64,000 nt of DNA from Cirrosporium novae-zelandiae (lineage: Eukaryota): the NCBI GenBank assembly GCA_026023565.1, contig JAPETS010000042.1, positions 124,001 through 188,000 of the forward strand, read 5' to 3'. The notes below the pieces were generated by a model, which was not told where the DNA came from, made no database searches, and was given only the letters and a program-made list of their open reading frames with translations. The position numbers and the translations under genes are program-made. Positions 31,795-44,517 of the stretch are shown one piece after another (position 1 is the first letter of the stretch; the number at the start of each line of letters is the position of its first letter).

Positions 31795-34700
31795 ATGTCT
31801 CCAGATTTCAACTCATCTAAACTCTCAGCAGGATCATTCATTGACTCTGCAACCGGTTCCTTTCATGACGATTTGACAGTTTCCGATTTTGATCCCGAGA
31901 ACGAAGCTATCATGTCGACGCGTCAAATTAAAAGTACACCCGACACCCTCCCAGAGCTTCGTGCTAGCGCCAAGAAATATAAAAATTACAGACCTGAATC
32001 AGACTTTGTCATAAATACTTCAGCCATTGGACGAGCGTTCCCAGACTTCACCCAAGGAAGTGAACCTCCGGAACCGGAAGCTGTGGGGGAGGTCGAAGAC
32101 GAAAGTATTTCAATTGAGGTGGGGAGGGGATTGAAAAGAGGAAATGGTCCAGTTGATGATGTCCCGTATGAAGGATTAGAAGATAGTATACTTCCAAGAT
32201 TCAAAAACAACAACGCCATGGCAAGTTCACCACCGGTCAAAAAATCTTCATCTTCACGTCACGAAAGAAGGATGGCTTCAAGCCTCAAGAAGGAAACACA
32301 TTCAAGACAGGCTACTAGGTCTCAGAAAGATAACTCCCAGCTACCCCAAGCTTCAAAAACTGCAGATTATGGTTCTACTAGGAGTCGACGGACTACTGAG
32401 GAGAGACGTAGGCCCGTGGCAGAATTGCACCAACAGGTCGCAGATGAAGAAGAGACATCCTTCGCCGATGTTGCTGACGATGGTCGACCTTCAACTGTAA
32501 CTTTAACAACGAAGAATACAAGGTTTGCTAGTGGGACAAATCGGGTCCCAGCTGCTTCAGGTGGACTTCCTACTAGATTTACTTCTGCCGAGTCCTTTGC
32601 GCAGCAACTCAATAATGATTCCTCTCGCCCACAGGCGCGAGGGAACGCCAATTCCCGTGTTCGCTCAAATAATACTCTAACAGGTACTGCAACCGGAACG
32701 ACTACTCAGCAATCTTGGGGCCTCCCCAACGTAGAAGGCCTTTCAGAGCTGTTCTCGGTTTACGATGGCACTCCTTTGGCACCAAGACAAAGTGCACGCC
32801 GATCTTCACGTTTCGTCTCTGGGGCTAACGGCGCACCAACTCGGAAAGGTCCCAGTCACGTTCCAATTTCAGAGGTCCCAGTTCCAGACGATGAGAATGC
32901 CATCTACATGTCACTGAAGATTCTTCAAGACAAACTTCACAATTTAGAACATGACAATGCGGACAAGGATAAAACGATCGATGATCTCCAAGGGAAAGTT
33001 CGTAAACTCAAGGACGAGAAAAAGGAACGTGAACGAAACCGACGAAGTGACAGCGCCTTAGGCCTATCAGATGATAGAGAGGATAATGACAGTAACGGAG
33101 GACCCAAAAGGATTAGTAAGAGGCCCCATGGATTAGAAACTACTCGAATTCTTACATTATTTTAGGGCTTGAATCAACTGTTAAAGTTCTAGAAAATCGT
33201 CTTGAATCCGCATCTCGCAAGGCTGCTGTATCGGAGAGTCTAGTTCAGAGACTTACTAAAGAACGAGATTCCTACGTCCAACAACTTGGGGCTACTTTCA
33301 CCGAGAATGAGGAGCTACAAATTGAGAACGAAGAGTTACGAGAAGAAATTCAACGCCTAAAAGACATCCTTTCTCAAACCGTTTCTCAGAAGCGCAGTTC
33401 AAGAGCGAGGGCAAATACTCAGCCCGAAGAAGTCACGAGCCGAAGCGAAGCACCTACTCGAAGTTTTAATAAGAGGAAGGAGAAGAGAGATACGACAGAG
33501 GCGAACAGAGATACGACACAGACCCGAAATACTGAAAGTCAAGACAATGTGGACCAAGTTACAGATGGAATCCGTTCTAATACAAAATCGTCCAAATCCA
33601 ACCAAGCGTCGAGTAAGGAGGGGAAAAAGCGACGTTTCAGAAAGGTCATTGTTGAAGAAATCTACAGTAGCGATGAAAGCGATCCAGAACCGACTAAGGA
33701 TGGTACCAAAACTAGGGCCAAGGAGCAGGTTAGTAAAGTCTGTCATTATGAAAAGCCAGTAGAGGGCCCTATTCCTATCGATGATGCCCAAAATTTAACA
33801 AATATAAGTAACATTGAGGATGTATGTGTGTCCGAAGCTGGTATTGAGCAGGACTATGGGGCTGACTAAATTTATAGGTGTTTATTAGCCAAATTCAAAG
33901 GCGGATAGAAGAAGAAAGAAGGAATAGGAGAGGTGATTCTCGAAGCAAATCTGAAAATGCAACAAAAGAGATTACTCGAGAGATTACTGAGAATACTACT
34001 AAATCCAAGAGAGCAGCCAAGGCGATGCCAAAGGCTGGTATATTACGAAATCGTTCGAGAACCCGAAATGAGAAACGCTCGCAAATGGTGGATATGGATG
34101 ATTCAAGTGACGGAGGATTTGTCGATCAGATTGGTGCCACTATCAACGAGGATGAGATGAATGATCATACGGAGATGACATCGGGGAACAAGCGACAGAA
34201 CCATACGCAAGACTCGGTAGTGTCCAACGCCAGACGACGTCGTCACGCCGCAGCCGAAATGACCTCCGCTTTCCTCTTGCCTGATCTTACCATGAAAGTC
34301 CCATCAGGAACAGATGAGCTCCCCGAATTCTCTCCTAGGGTGCAACATGTTCTCGATACTCTTTTACCCAAGCATGATACCGACAATTGCACTGTGTGCA
34401 AAAATTTAGTTCCACATAAGGATTGTAAGAGCAAGGATGCAACTGAGAAATCCATCAATCTACCCAGGCTAGTACCTGTTTCAGAACGTATGCCTGAACC
34501 TGGTCCTTATGAGGAGGAACCAACCATTCGTCCCTCTCAGCCTCCGACCGATGCCTTGGAATCTGTCCTGAAGAGCCTCCAAGATGAGCTTTCCCATCTT
34601 AGAATTAAGAAAGCCGCAAAGGATGTCGAATATCATAAACTTGACGTCTCCCTCGGCTGGCGACGACGGAAAGCCATGGAAGAGGAACTATACAAACTCA

Positions 34701-35041
34701 TCAAAGCCATCGAGGGGAAGTCCGATCAAATATACCGTCTCTATGATGTCCTCGAAGGCCTCAAGAAATCTGGACGTGAGATAAACGATGAGGAGGTCGA
34801 CAACACTCTCGAAAATATCGGTATCGATCCTGCCAGGATGCGGGGACTTCATTCTAATATCGAGACCGGGCGAGGTGAAGCTTCAAAGGGTAGAGGAATA
34901 AGAAGTCTGCCGGCTGATGTAAGAGATAAGGCCTTCCTGGATGCAGCATTGGCAGGGTTGGACCAAGATGATGATTTACCTTGGGATGGCATTGAAGACA
35001 CCATTGAAACTACGAGAAGGACCGCAATGAGCGCGCACTAA
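31795..35041 (+). CDS. Spindle pole body protein of the Ppc89/Cep57 family (coiled coil plus microtubule-binding domain)
   Basis: INTSAIGRAFPDF, central coiled coil and EEEPTIRPSQPP...LQDELSHL...KSDQIYRLYDVLEG. Introns near 33115-33165 and 33821-33877. Confidence 0.8.
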
Positions 35042-36076
35042 GCAGAAGAAATAGTCTCAAGCAGACGAAGGGTATAATTAATCACTGGGACTGAAAAAAA
35101 AAACACCCTTGCTATACGAATATTACGAAGCAAAGTTGGGAGAAAAAGTGTTTTTGGTGTCTTGTCTTGTTTTTTTGTTTTCTTGACTTGTTTGAACCTA
35201 AACGAATTGTCCGAAATTGAATAACCAGCACGGCCTTTTTTTTTTGGGTCTCTCTAACTTTTGGGTGGGAGGAGGGAGCGAAAGGAGTTATTATTGGCAT
35301 TGACTTGACGGGTTTTTTTGTATTGATAGTCGTTGACACGGTAGTACGATCGATCTTAAAAAGGGATATACAATACAGTACAGTAGCATTAGCTCATTGT
35401 TGAATCATTATTGTGAACTTGATTAAATCCCTTTAACGAAATATCCAATCCAATCCAGTGTATTTTTTTAACCCCCGGAGTTGATTGATTGATTGATTGA
35501 TTAGATTGCCACATGTCAGAGAAAAAGTAAAGAAAGAAAGACCCTTCTTCTAACCTTTCCGGGTTCCCTTGTAAATCCCTTTTTTTTATAATGTGATCAT
35601 TATTATTATTATTACTATTACTATTACAAATCCAACATACATACATGCGCTTTTTTTTTTCAAATAAACAAAAAAAGGAAAATGGTGTATGGGGGAATAA
35701 GATAATCAAATGGTTGGCGACTTGGAGGGGGGGGGAGGGAGAGGGTAATATTTGTAAGCCAGTGAGGATATTTTTTATGGGGATTGGGAGAGGGGAGGGT
35801 TGCGTGCATGCCGAATTATCCAATCCATGTTATTCATTTCCTTTCATTTTATTGATTAATTAACATTTTCGTATTTTTTTCCCTTTAGGTCTATCTATAT
35901 AAATGACTAGTTAGTGATAATAAGTAGTAAGGTAGCAAAGGATCTTTTTTTTTGGAAGAAAGCTTTTTTATTTAAGTAACTCGAAATATCCTACAAACCT
36001 AACAGTCCTTCAAATCTTCTTTCTCCCCCTTATTTTCATATATATACATACATACATGTACGTATATAAATACAGA

Positions 36077-37533
36077 ATGTCAACCCCACCACCACCCAAA
36101 ACCATAGCCGTCGTGGGCGCAACTGGCCACCAAGGTAACGGCACTATTCGCGCCCTCCTCTCCCCATCCCCATCCCCATCCCCCTCCCAAAAATTCACCG
36201 TCGTGGCCCTAACCCGCAATCCCTCCTCCCCGTCCGCCCAGCGCCTACTCTCCGAATTCGGACACGACCGTCTCAGGTTGGTAAAAGCAGACTTGTATGA
36301 TGTGGGGAGCCTGAGAGAGGCGTTTCGGGATGTGGATGGCGTGTTTTCGATTACGAGTGATGATGTTCCGGGCGGGAAGGCGGTGGATGAGGAGAGTTTG
36401 AAACATCAGCTTGCTGCTGGAAAGAATGTGGTTGAGGCTGCTAAGGTTAGTGGGTTGTTTTTTTGGTTTTTTGGTTTCTTTTTTTGGGGAGGGGGGGTTG
36501 GGATCTAAACGGAGGTGTTGTGGGTTCGTTGAATAGCATGGATGATTACTTTTTTTTGGGAGAGAGAGAGAGGGAGGGGAAGGGGGGACGCTTGCTTCAA
36601 TTCATATTTCCTGCTGTTGCCGCTGTTTTTGAAAAGAAAAAAAAGAAAAAGAGCTAAACCCTTAGGACTAAAGGCATGCGGCGTAAAGCATTTTGTAATG
36701 AGCAGTCTGCCGAACATCACCAAAGCGAGCAATGGAAAATATACCAAAGTGTTTCACTTTGATCATAAGAATGAGATTGAGGAATTGGCACGCAAGACGC
36801 TGCCTGCGGTCACGGTTTTGTACCCTGGTAGGTTAATTGATCTTGCTGCGCATGATCGCTTGCGCTGTTCATCATTTAGGGCTTTGGCTTACCCATCTAT
36901 GACCAGGTCTTTACTTTACCAACCTTCAGTGGCCACAGTATGCTAAAAAGCAAGGTTAGTGAGGCTGTGCTGTTGTTCACAGAATCGGTTGTCGTTCAAT
37001 TGAATAAAGTGATATTAACTCTTTATAGCTGATGGCACTGTCCGTTTCTGTCTTCCGATAGATGGTAAAAAACTCGCCGACTGGGTCGACCCAGCTCGAG
37101 ATATTGGCATATACGCTGCTGGTAAGTATACTTTGTTCATTTGGTCTCTGTGTATCCCGCACTGACGCTTGATTTATTATACGTAGCGGCCTTTGCTGCC
37201 GGGCCAGAACTGACCGCATCAAAGACCTACCCGGTTGTGGGGGCTAAGTTCCCTCTCGCTGACTTTGCCAAAATCTTCCAGGCCAAGACAGGCGAGCGTG
37301 CGGTATACCAGCCCGCCACGCTGGATGAGTGGGGTAAGACTGTCGCCGCCGCTGCGGGTCCGGGATTTGAAGAGGATATTCGACAGATGGCGGAATGGAT
37401 TGCGGAGGCGCCAGATGAGAAGATCTGTTATGGCACGATGGACCCGAAGGATGATTTGTCCGCTAAGGATCTCGGGGTGAGGGCCAGTACTTTTGAGGAG
37501 TGGTTGGAGCGGAGTGGGTGGAGAGCAGCATAG
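36077..37533 (+). CDS. NmrA-like family NAD(P)-binding protein
   Basis: IAVVGATGHQG, ALTRNPSS, GVKHFVMSSLP, HFDHK and DIG motif, with several introns. Confidence 0.88.
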
Positions 37534-38955
37534 GCATTAGATATTTCTATAACTGCGCATCGAGGTCGCTTGGAATTAGTCCTCCTTGACCATCAGCATT
37601 AACATCAACGCTGTATGCCGTCAATCCCAAGGTCTAGCCTCTCCCTCCCTTTTCTTCTGAGAGGCGGAGGGATGTCTTCTGTTAACCGGAAAAGCTTGTG
37701 TTGACCTTGAGTGGCCGAATTAGCTCCCATAATTTGCTGGCTGTTCACTTTATATTTTGCGAAGTATTAAAAGTGAAAGAAAAAATTTCTTTTTGCTGGG
37801 TGTGATTTGAGATTGATGAGTCTACCGCGCAGCAAGTGAATTTGCTCGGGATGTCGCATTTAAAAGTCGAAGGCCTAGATTTCATAATGTGGTCGGGCTT
37901 TATTGCTTTGCTTATGAGGAAATTAGAATGTCGAGGCCATAAATAACTAGGAAAGTTATGTAAAGCTCCAAATGCTTGCTCTGTTGAAGAGCAAGCTCTC
38001 CCATTTTATATGGGAAAGCTCTCTGCCTCCCTAGGCTTTTCTGTTAGAACAAGGGGTCGCTATTTGCGGGTGGTTATCACATATTCTACCCTTTGAGAGC
38101 TTGTTTGGGCGGTTCTCAACGCTGTGGAGAGACATCACGACTCTTGTGCTCCATTTTTGAAGGGTTTTTTATGATCTGAATTAATTGTTCGTGCACGATT
38201 AATGCATGTAACGGATTTTCTGATATCCCTTCGCCCTGGATTGAACTATTAATTCTTCCCTCTAGATGGCCTACCTAATCAACCTATTTTATCAGGCCTC
38301 CTATGCATCTCCCCGTCAAGGTTGTCTCTATGTCATTTCGAGCACCATGTACCTCTGAATTACATATTGCGGTGCATAGGGTCCCGTAACTTGCTCGGCA
38401 ATATCGCTCATGGAGGACGGGGACACCAATACTGGCACTTTTAATCGATCAATGACCAATCCTTTCACCACCGTTAGTTGCCTGCAAAATATGTCAGTAG
38501 TGTGATAGCGCAAATGCACATGTACCACACGGCTCACTAGTTGTTATAATCTTTTTTATCCAAAGACCTTTGGAACTCGTAAGAGGGTGGTTAATGCACT
38601 GCTCTTGGAGTCTGGCTTTTACATAGGAAGAACTTCCCAACCATCCGAAAAGCACCAGGTAGCCTTATAATTTGATTATTCGATGACAGGAAAAATAATC
38701 GCTTAAGAACAGCTCTATCACTTGAGCGAGGTCGCAGACCGCTTGTAGATATGACCTTGGTCTAGGATTAGTTAGTTAGTCGAACTTCCTCCTATTAATG
38801 TCTATATATCACCACACCCCATAAATAACCTTTTCTCATAACGCCATCGCTAATGCTTTCCCCTTGGTATATATATACTCCTTCCCTTAAAGAAGATTCT
38901 TTAAAAGATTCCCTAAATTTCTTACATAATCATAGGAGTGTTTTCGATATTCATT

Positions 38956-40169
38956 CTATGCCCCCTCCATCTGGATGTCTCCAACTGCCACCGCGGCAGC
39001 AGATTCAGACCCGATGCTTTTATCTGCGGCAGTATCTCTCTTTGCAACTTCTTCTTCCAAAAAGACGCCCAATCCTGCAAATGCCTCCAGAAGTGTTCGC
39101 GAGTAATACTCTTCAACATCATACCCACCGGCAGATTTTGAAGGATCTTTGCCCAAGGCGTCAAGAAAGGAATTTTCATAGTTGTTTCTTTGAGAGAAGT
39201 AGATGTGGGAAGGTGCCATACCACCAAATGGTGAATATGGAGGGGATGGCGGGCGAACAGTAGCAGGTTTGAGGCCTTTGATGACAAAGGATTCGTTGTT
39301 TGAGGCGGTGGTCTTGGATGAGGATTCTAATCGCCGTCGTGCAGCAGTTCGTTTCTGTGCTATGCGCTTAGCTTCCTCTGCAATGGCTCCGGGGTCTCCA
39401 CCGCCTGATGCCAGTTTTGCGATCAGCTCTCTCTTCGCAATTTCAACCTCTCTTCTCTGCTCATCATCTTCCTTTCTTGCCTGCTCACGCCGTAGTCGCG
39501 CCTCTTCTCGAGCAGCGGCTTGCCGAGCCTCGAAAGAGGCCGAGGCTTGAGATTGCTTCGACGCGTTTTGAGCGATAGAATCCGCGTTTGCGGCTTGATA
39601 TGACCGGATCTTTTTATTAGCGTTTTCAACGTCAATCCCGTTGAGGAGGTTATAAGTCAAAGTTTCAACTTCCTCCAAGTAGTTATTGTAATCAAGAAGG
39701 GTATCGAAGTTGGCTTCCTGTTTGTTGAAGCTATGGAAGATAAATCAGTCTCTGAAGAGCCCCACAAGTAGGAGCAAGGGCCAACATACACTTTGGCCAA
39801 TCGCCGTCGTACATCGACCTCGTGTTCCATCTTCACATCATCGAAAGTTTTTATTCGAAATCTTTGTTTTCTTAACGTGCGATGGCATCCCGCAGCTGGG
39901 CACGGGGCGGGACCTTGGGAGAATATTCGATCGACGCATGATCCACACATCTTGTGGTAGCATTCAGGGTTAACGTAAAATTTCATTTCGGGATTGAGGT
40001 AGCGGGAGGATTTGCAGATAGGACATGTTTCTGAGGAGTCAGCGGAGGGGGATACAACGAGTTGGGAGAATTGGGTGGATAAAGGGTGCTCACCATCCTC
40101 CGTGTCCGATCGACGTGAGAGAGGGGTGGAGCTCCCGCTAATGGAGGAGATGGGGGCTTTGCGGGACAT
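38956..40169 (-). CDS. TFB3: CDK-activating kinase assembly factor MAT1 / TFIIH subunit Tfb3
   Basis: RING CPICKSSRYLNP..CYHKMCGSCVDRIF..CPAAGC and YNNYLEEVE. Introns 40031-40093 and 39731-39789. Confidence 0.96.
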
Positions 40170-40689
40170 GGCTGACGATGGAGGTGGAAAGATTGCGAGA
40201 AGAAACTGTAGAACAAGTTAGTACTACAGTACTAAAGTAGTTAATTATCTTAATGAAGCTTGAGAACCAGTCAAGGATGATGCAGGGATAACGATAATTT
40301 TAAGATAAAGCAATGGTAAGGCTGAGGACCTACTTTAGTCAGCACGATAAGTATTTGGTAATTATTTAGAGTCTAACGGCTATCAAGCTATGCTCTAACC
40401 ATGTATTATCTACTTTGTAAGTATAAGAGGGCAAGAAACGAGAAAAGAGAGAAGATTTAACTAATGGTAAGATACATTAGGGCTAACCCTATATGGTACG
40501 TATAATATGCGCAAATGTGTATACTATTTACACAAGTTACCGGTATCAATAAGTATGGTCATTATGGAACCATGCAACCACGCGCTTTTTATAGAGAGAG
40601 TACTCTTGAAACCTTTACTCCCCAGCAGCATTCTTGTCCCTTATTATATCTCATAGATTCTTTAATCTATTCACCGTGGCTGTTTGACC

Positions 40690-40803
40690 AAACCTACACC
40701 TTCTCATGACAATCAATCCTCTTCTACCCTCTTCCGTTGTTTACCTGCCGAGATTCGGGTCATGATATATAAACGTGCTATCTATATACCCCCAGGACTA
40801 TGA
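40690..40803 (+). pseudogene. Relic fragment of an LPxEIRxxIY (F-box-like) gene
   Basis: Translates KPTPSHDNQSSSTLFRCLPAEIRVMIYKRAIYIPPGL*. The frame is closed by TAA just upstream and has no in-frame ATG before the motif. Confidence 0.45.
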
Positions 40804-41384
40804 TTGGTATATACTCTCCATATTAGTGCAGTTTATGGTTTACTAACGGTTCGTTGGTTCAACCGTTCCCCCTGTGGGGCTTCTAATATACATGTACTTT
40901 GACTTATCCTTCCTGAAATATGACCAGCCTATACTTCACATCATGATACTGCATGTGATCCTCATTATCTAAATCAAGCCACTATTGATAATCCCTTTGA
41001 TGGAAAGTGGCCTATAGAACAAATCTATGCTACTATAAAACTAAAAGCCACCCATTTACTGCTGAAGAAGGGTGCCGATTAGACATATATTAATTATTCA
41101 TTAGCAATAAACGGTGGATTCGGGAAACAAGTCTAGGAAATGTCATCTCATTGTGTATCTACATTGTAATAATAAATGGCCGAGGTATCTAAACCCACAG
41201 CTCAAGTCAAGTTGACAAATCAATCCTAAATAGGAATAGCTCCCTTGGTTGACTTCTTCAAACTTTTCAGAGTCACTTGAAGCGTAATTTGAGGTCCGTA
41301 GAACTTCAATCCCCAGCCTCGATTGATAATTAATTCCCTGCCCACCTCAAAAGTCTACCGGGATCATATATCCATACTCACAAC

Positions 41385-43522
41385 ATGGGGGAGGAGAAAG
41401 ATAGCTTCGCTGACCTCGAGCGACACCGTTTACGTCTAGAAGAAAACGTACAAAAACTCCGGAAATCCTTGCAACATTGGCGACAGTGGGATGCCGAGTA
41501 TGAAGGCTTAAAAGAAGAGATTCTTTCGCGAGGCAAGAAAGCTTCAAGAAAAGACTTGGTGCGCATAAACTACAAAGTTTACATCACAATTTATTGACTA
41601 AATTGATAGGTGACTGCCAGCAAGGAGTTTGAAGGTGGACTCGTGAATCAAAAAGGTCAGGGCTTTAAATATCATGATATTAATCTGAACTCAAAGCTGA
41701 GATATTTAAGAGATCGAAAACCTTCTGGGAAATGATAAAGGTGTTGAGAGGACCGCCCAACAAGTTGTGGACCTAATTTCTCGACGGATTGACTGTATGT
41801 ACGAGCACCTTGTTGCTACCGTCAATGAAGCTAAGAATAATAGATGTGCACCAAAATGTGCAAACGGTTGAAAAACAGTTGCTAGTTGCGGAGAATAAAT
41901 TAAATTCCCTCCTGGTGGTGCAGAACCCGGATTTTGACAACGAAGAGGGGCTTCCTGTCACGGAGATTGTGGAGAGCTTGGATGAGGATGGGAATGTGAT
42001 ATGTATGTTTGCTACAAGGTTCCAGAGAACTTTCTGGTCTAATATTTCTGTAGCTAGCACCACAAGCCGCCCAGGAGATTCCGCCCAGCAATTGCTGGAC
42101 GCATTAAAGAAGGTCGGAATCAAGGACGTGCCTGACGACGAGTCACAATCTAATAACGAAAAAAATGATCCTCCTGCAACCCCGATACAAAAAGCAGTAA
42201 AATCGACCTCTGGACCTTCAGAACTAGTAAATACACCTAATATATCCACCACCAATTCTCAAACAGATACTCCGCTACAGAAAGACACTCTACCAGAATC
42301 TAAACCCAAGAAGGATAAGCCCAAACAGAAGACAGTGAGATTTTCAGAAGACAAAGAAATTGCACAAGATCTAGGGAAGAATGATAGCAGGCTTCCGCAA
42401 TCTACTTCTACTATACAACCACCCGTCATCATTGACGACGGGTTGAAAGAGGATCTTCAGAATGCCGTGATACCGGACGATGAACCCGAGGATGATGCTG
42501 AAATGCGAAGGCAAATGCTACAGTATGGTATGGAGGAAGTCGGCGCCGTTGTAGCTGAGCTTACTATCGACGATAATCTAAGCGACAATTCATTTTCCGA
42601 CGATTATAGGTACGAAATGGATTACGATGATAGCAGTGCGGAAGAAGAGGAAGATGAACATGGTCGAACTACGAAGCGAGTCATATCTGACGACTATAGA
42701 CATGCAATGCTGGATATGGAAAAGAGGTTATTGGCCCAGTATGGGCATGGACAAGAGCAAGCCAAAACACCTCCACCTAACCCTCCAGTAGAGGAGGCTC
42801 TTCCAAGTCAACCAGCACAAACTACCGTCTCTGTTTCTAAGTCAGCTAAAAAGAAAAGTGTAAGCTTTGCGCCGGATCTGGATATTGCACCACAAGCCCC
42901 CAAAGACCTAGAAAAACGGCCGATGGAAAACACATCAAAAGAAACCCAAAACGCCAAACCAAAGCCAACCACTGAAGAGGCGTTCCGTGAAAACATTGTG
43001 GAAAGATCCCCCGGCACGGCTCACGGGCTTGAAAATCCAGAACCCCCGCGGAAGGTTTCTCGATTTAGAGCTGCACGTCACGGAAGTAACCGTCCAACCG
43101 ATACTGAGGCTACACCGCCTGTACTTATTCAGCCACCCGTCCTCAAAACTGGAGTCTCATCGACGCCAGCAACCTTAAAGGTTTACCCACAAACCCTCAT
43201 TCCTCCACCAATTACCCCCTCACTACCCTCAACTGCAACGGATCATGTACCTTCCTTAGGCCCGCCAAAAAAGACCCTCGCCGATACCATCATCGAACGT
43301 CCACTAACAACATCCACCCCAACCCCTCCTGACCCCGAAAACCTAGACGAAGACATCTTACACCAAGAAGTAAACATGGAGTATTACAGGATGCGAAACC
43401 GAATGATTGAGAGAAAGGGAGGCTTCGTAGAGGACGAGGAAGAACCGGTCCGGGTCGTGCCACCAGGAGGGGAGCAAAAAAAGGTAAGCCGATTTAGAGC
43501 CGCGAGGTTGGGAAGGAGTTGA
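41385..43522 (+). CDS. BUD27: Unconventional prefoldin RPB5 interactor (URI/Bud27-like)
   Basis: Prefoldin-like N-terminus (LQHWRQWDAEYEGLKEE, RRIDYVHQNV), EEGLPVTEIVESLDEDG, repeated KVSRFRAAR tail motifs and four introns. Confidence 0.82.
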
Positions 43523-44517
43523 CTATAGTGAATGAAATGAGAAATGAGATACGTACCTGGCTGCTCTACGCCCATGCTAGCACAACACGTCCTACATCCA
43601 AACATCTAAAAACATACAAAACAAACCCTCACGCCGAACTCATCCTACCAAACTACCAATACCAATACCCCCCCTTCTCCAATCGCATCCCTCCCCCCAC
43701 GGAACAAGCACTCCACCATGCGCCACGCAGACACGCATTCTTTTTTTCTAAAATGCACACCCCTGTCTGCAAAGCATACCCCAAAAATGAACAAGACCAC
43801 ATACACACATATACATATATATATGTATATAATGTGCAGACAACTCCTATGTCTTGCTTCATTCTTCCTGCTTTTTTACCTAGTTCCAAGATTAAAAAAC
43901 AAAAACAGCTAGACTCTCTCTCTGACCTTATTTCCTGTGGGGAATTATTTTCCCCATGCTTTATATGTGGATTTTGGAGGTTCGTTTTGTTCTAGTACAT
44001 TTTTTAGGATGTAGTTTTGGTGGTTGGGGGGATGTAATGTGTAGTTAACGATTAATCAATCAATCAATTATTTTTTTCTCAAAATCAAATTAAACCAATA
44101 CACTATATTAAAAAGACGCCGTGTGATATGAATACAAGTGACGTAAATAACATATCTATGCATGATAACAAAGGTAGGTAGGTCATTACCCCATTCGCTA
44201 TGTCCATCATCTATTTACCTATGTATTTCTTCATTTATTCCTCCCTTCATTGTATATCTATATGTATATATCCAAAATAAATCATCCTGGCTCAATACCT
44301 ATTTACGTTTCAGCCTGTCCCATACCACCTCATCCAGTTCCAATGATCTCCAAGTCCAAATCATAAATCCTTCTCCTCTTGGGTACAACGACGATGACGA
44401 CGATGACAACGATGACAACGCAAGGGAAATAAGAAGCAAAGCACATCAATACATACAACATGGATATCTAACTCCATTTATTCAAGAAAAACCAAGCCAG
44501 ACCAGACCAAACCGAAA

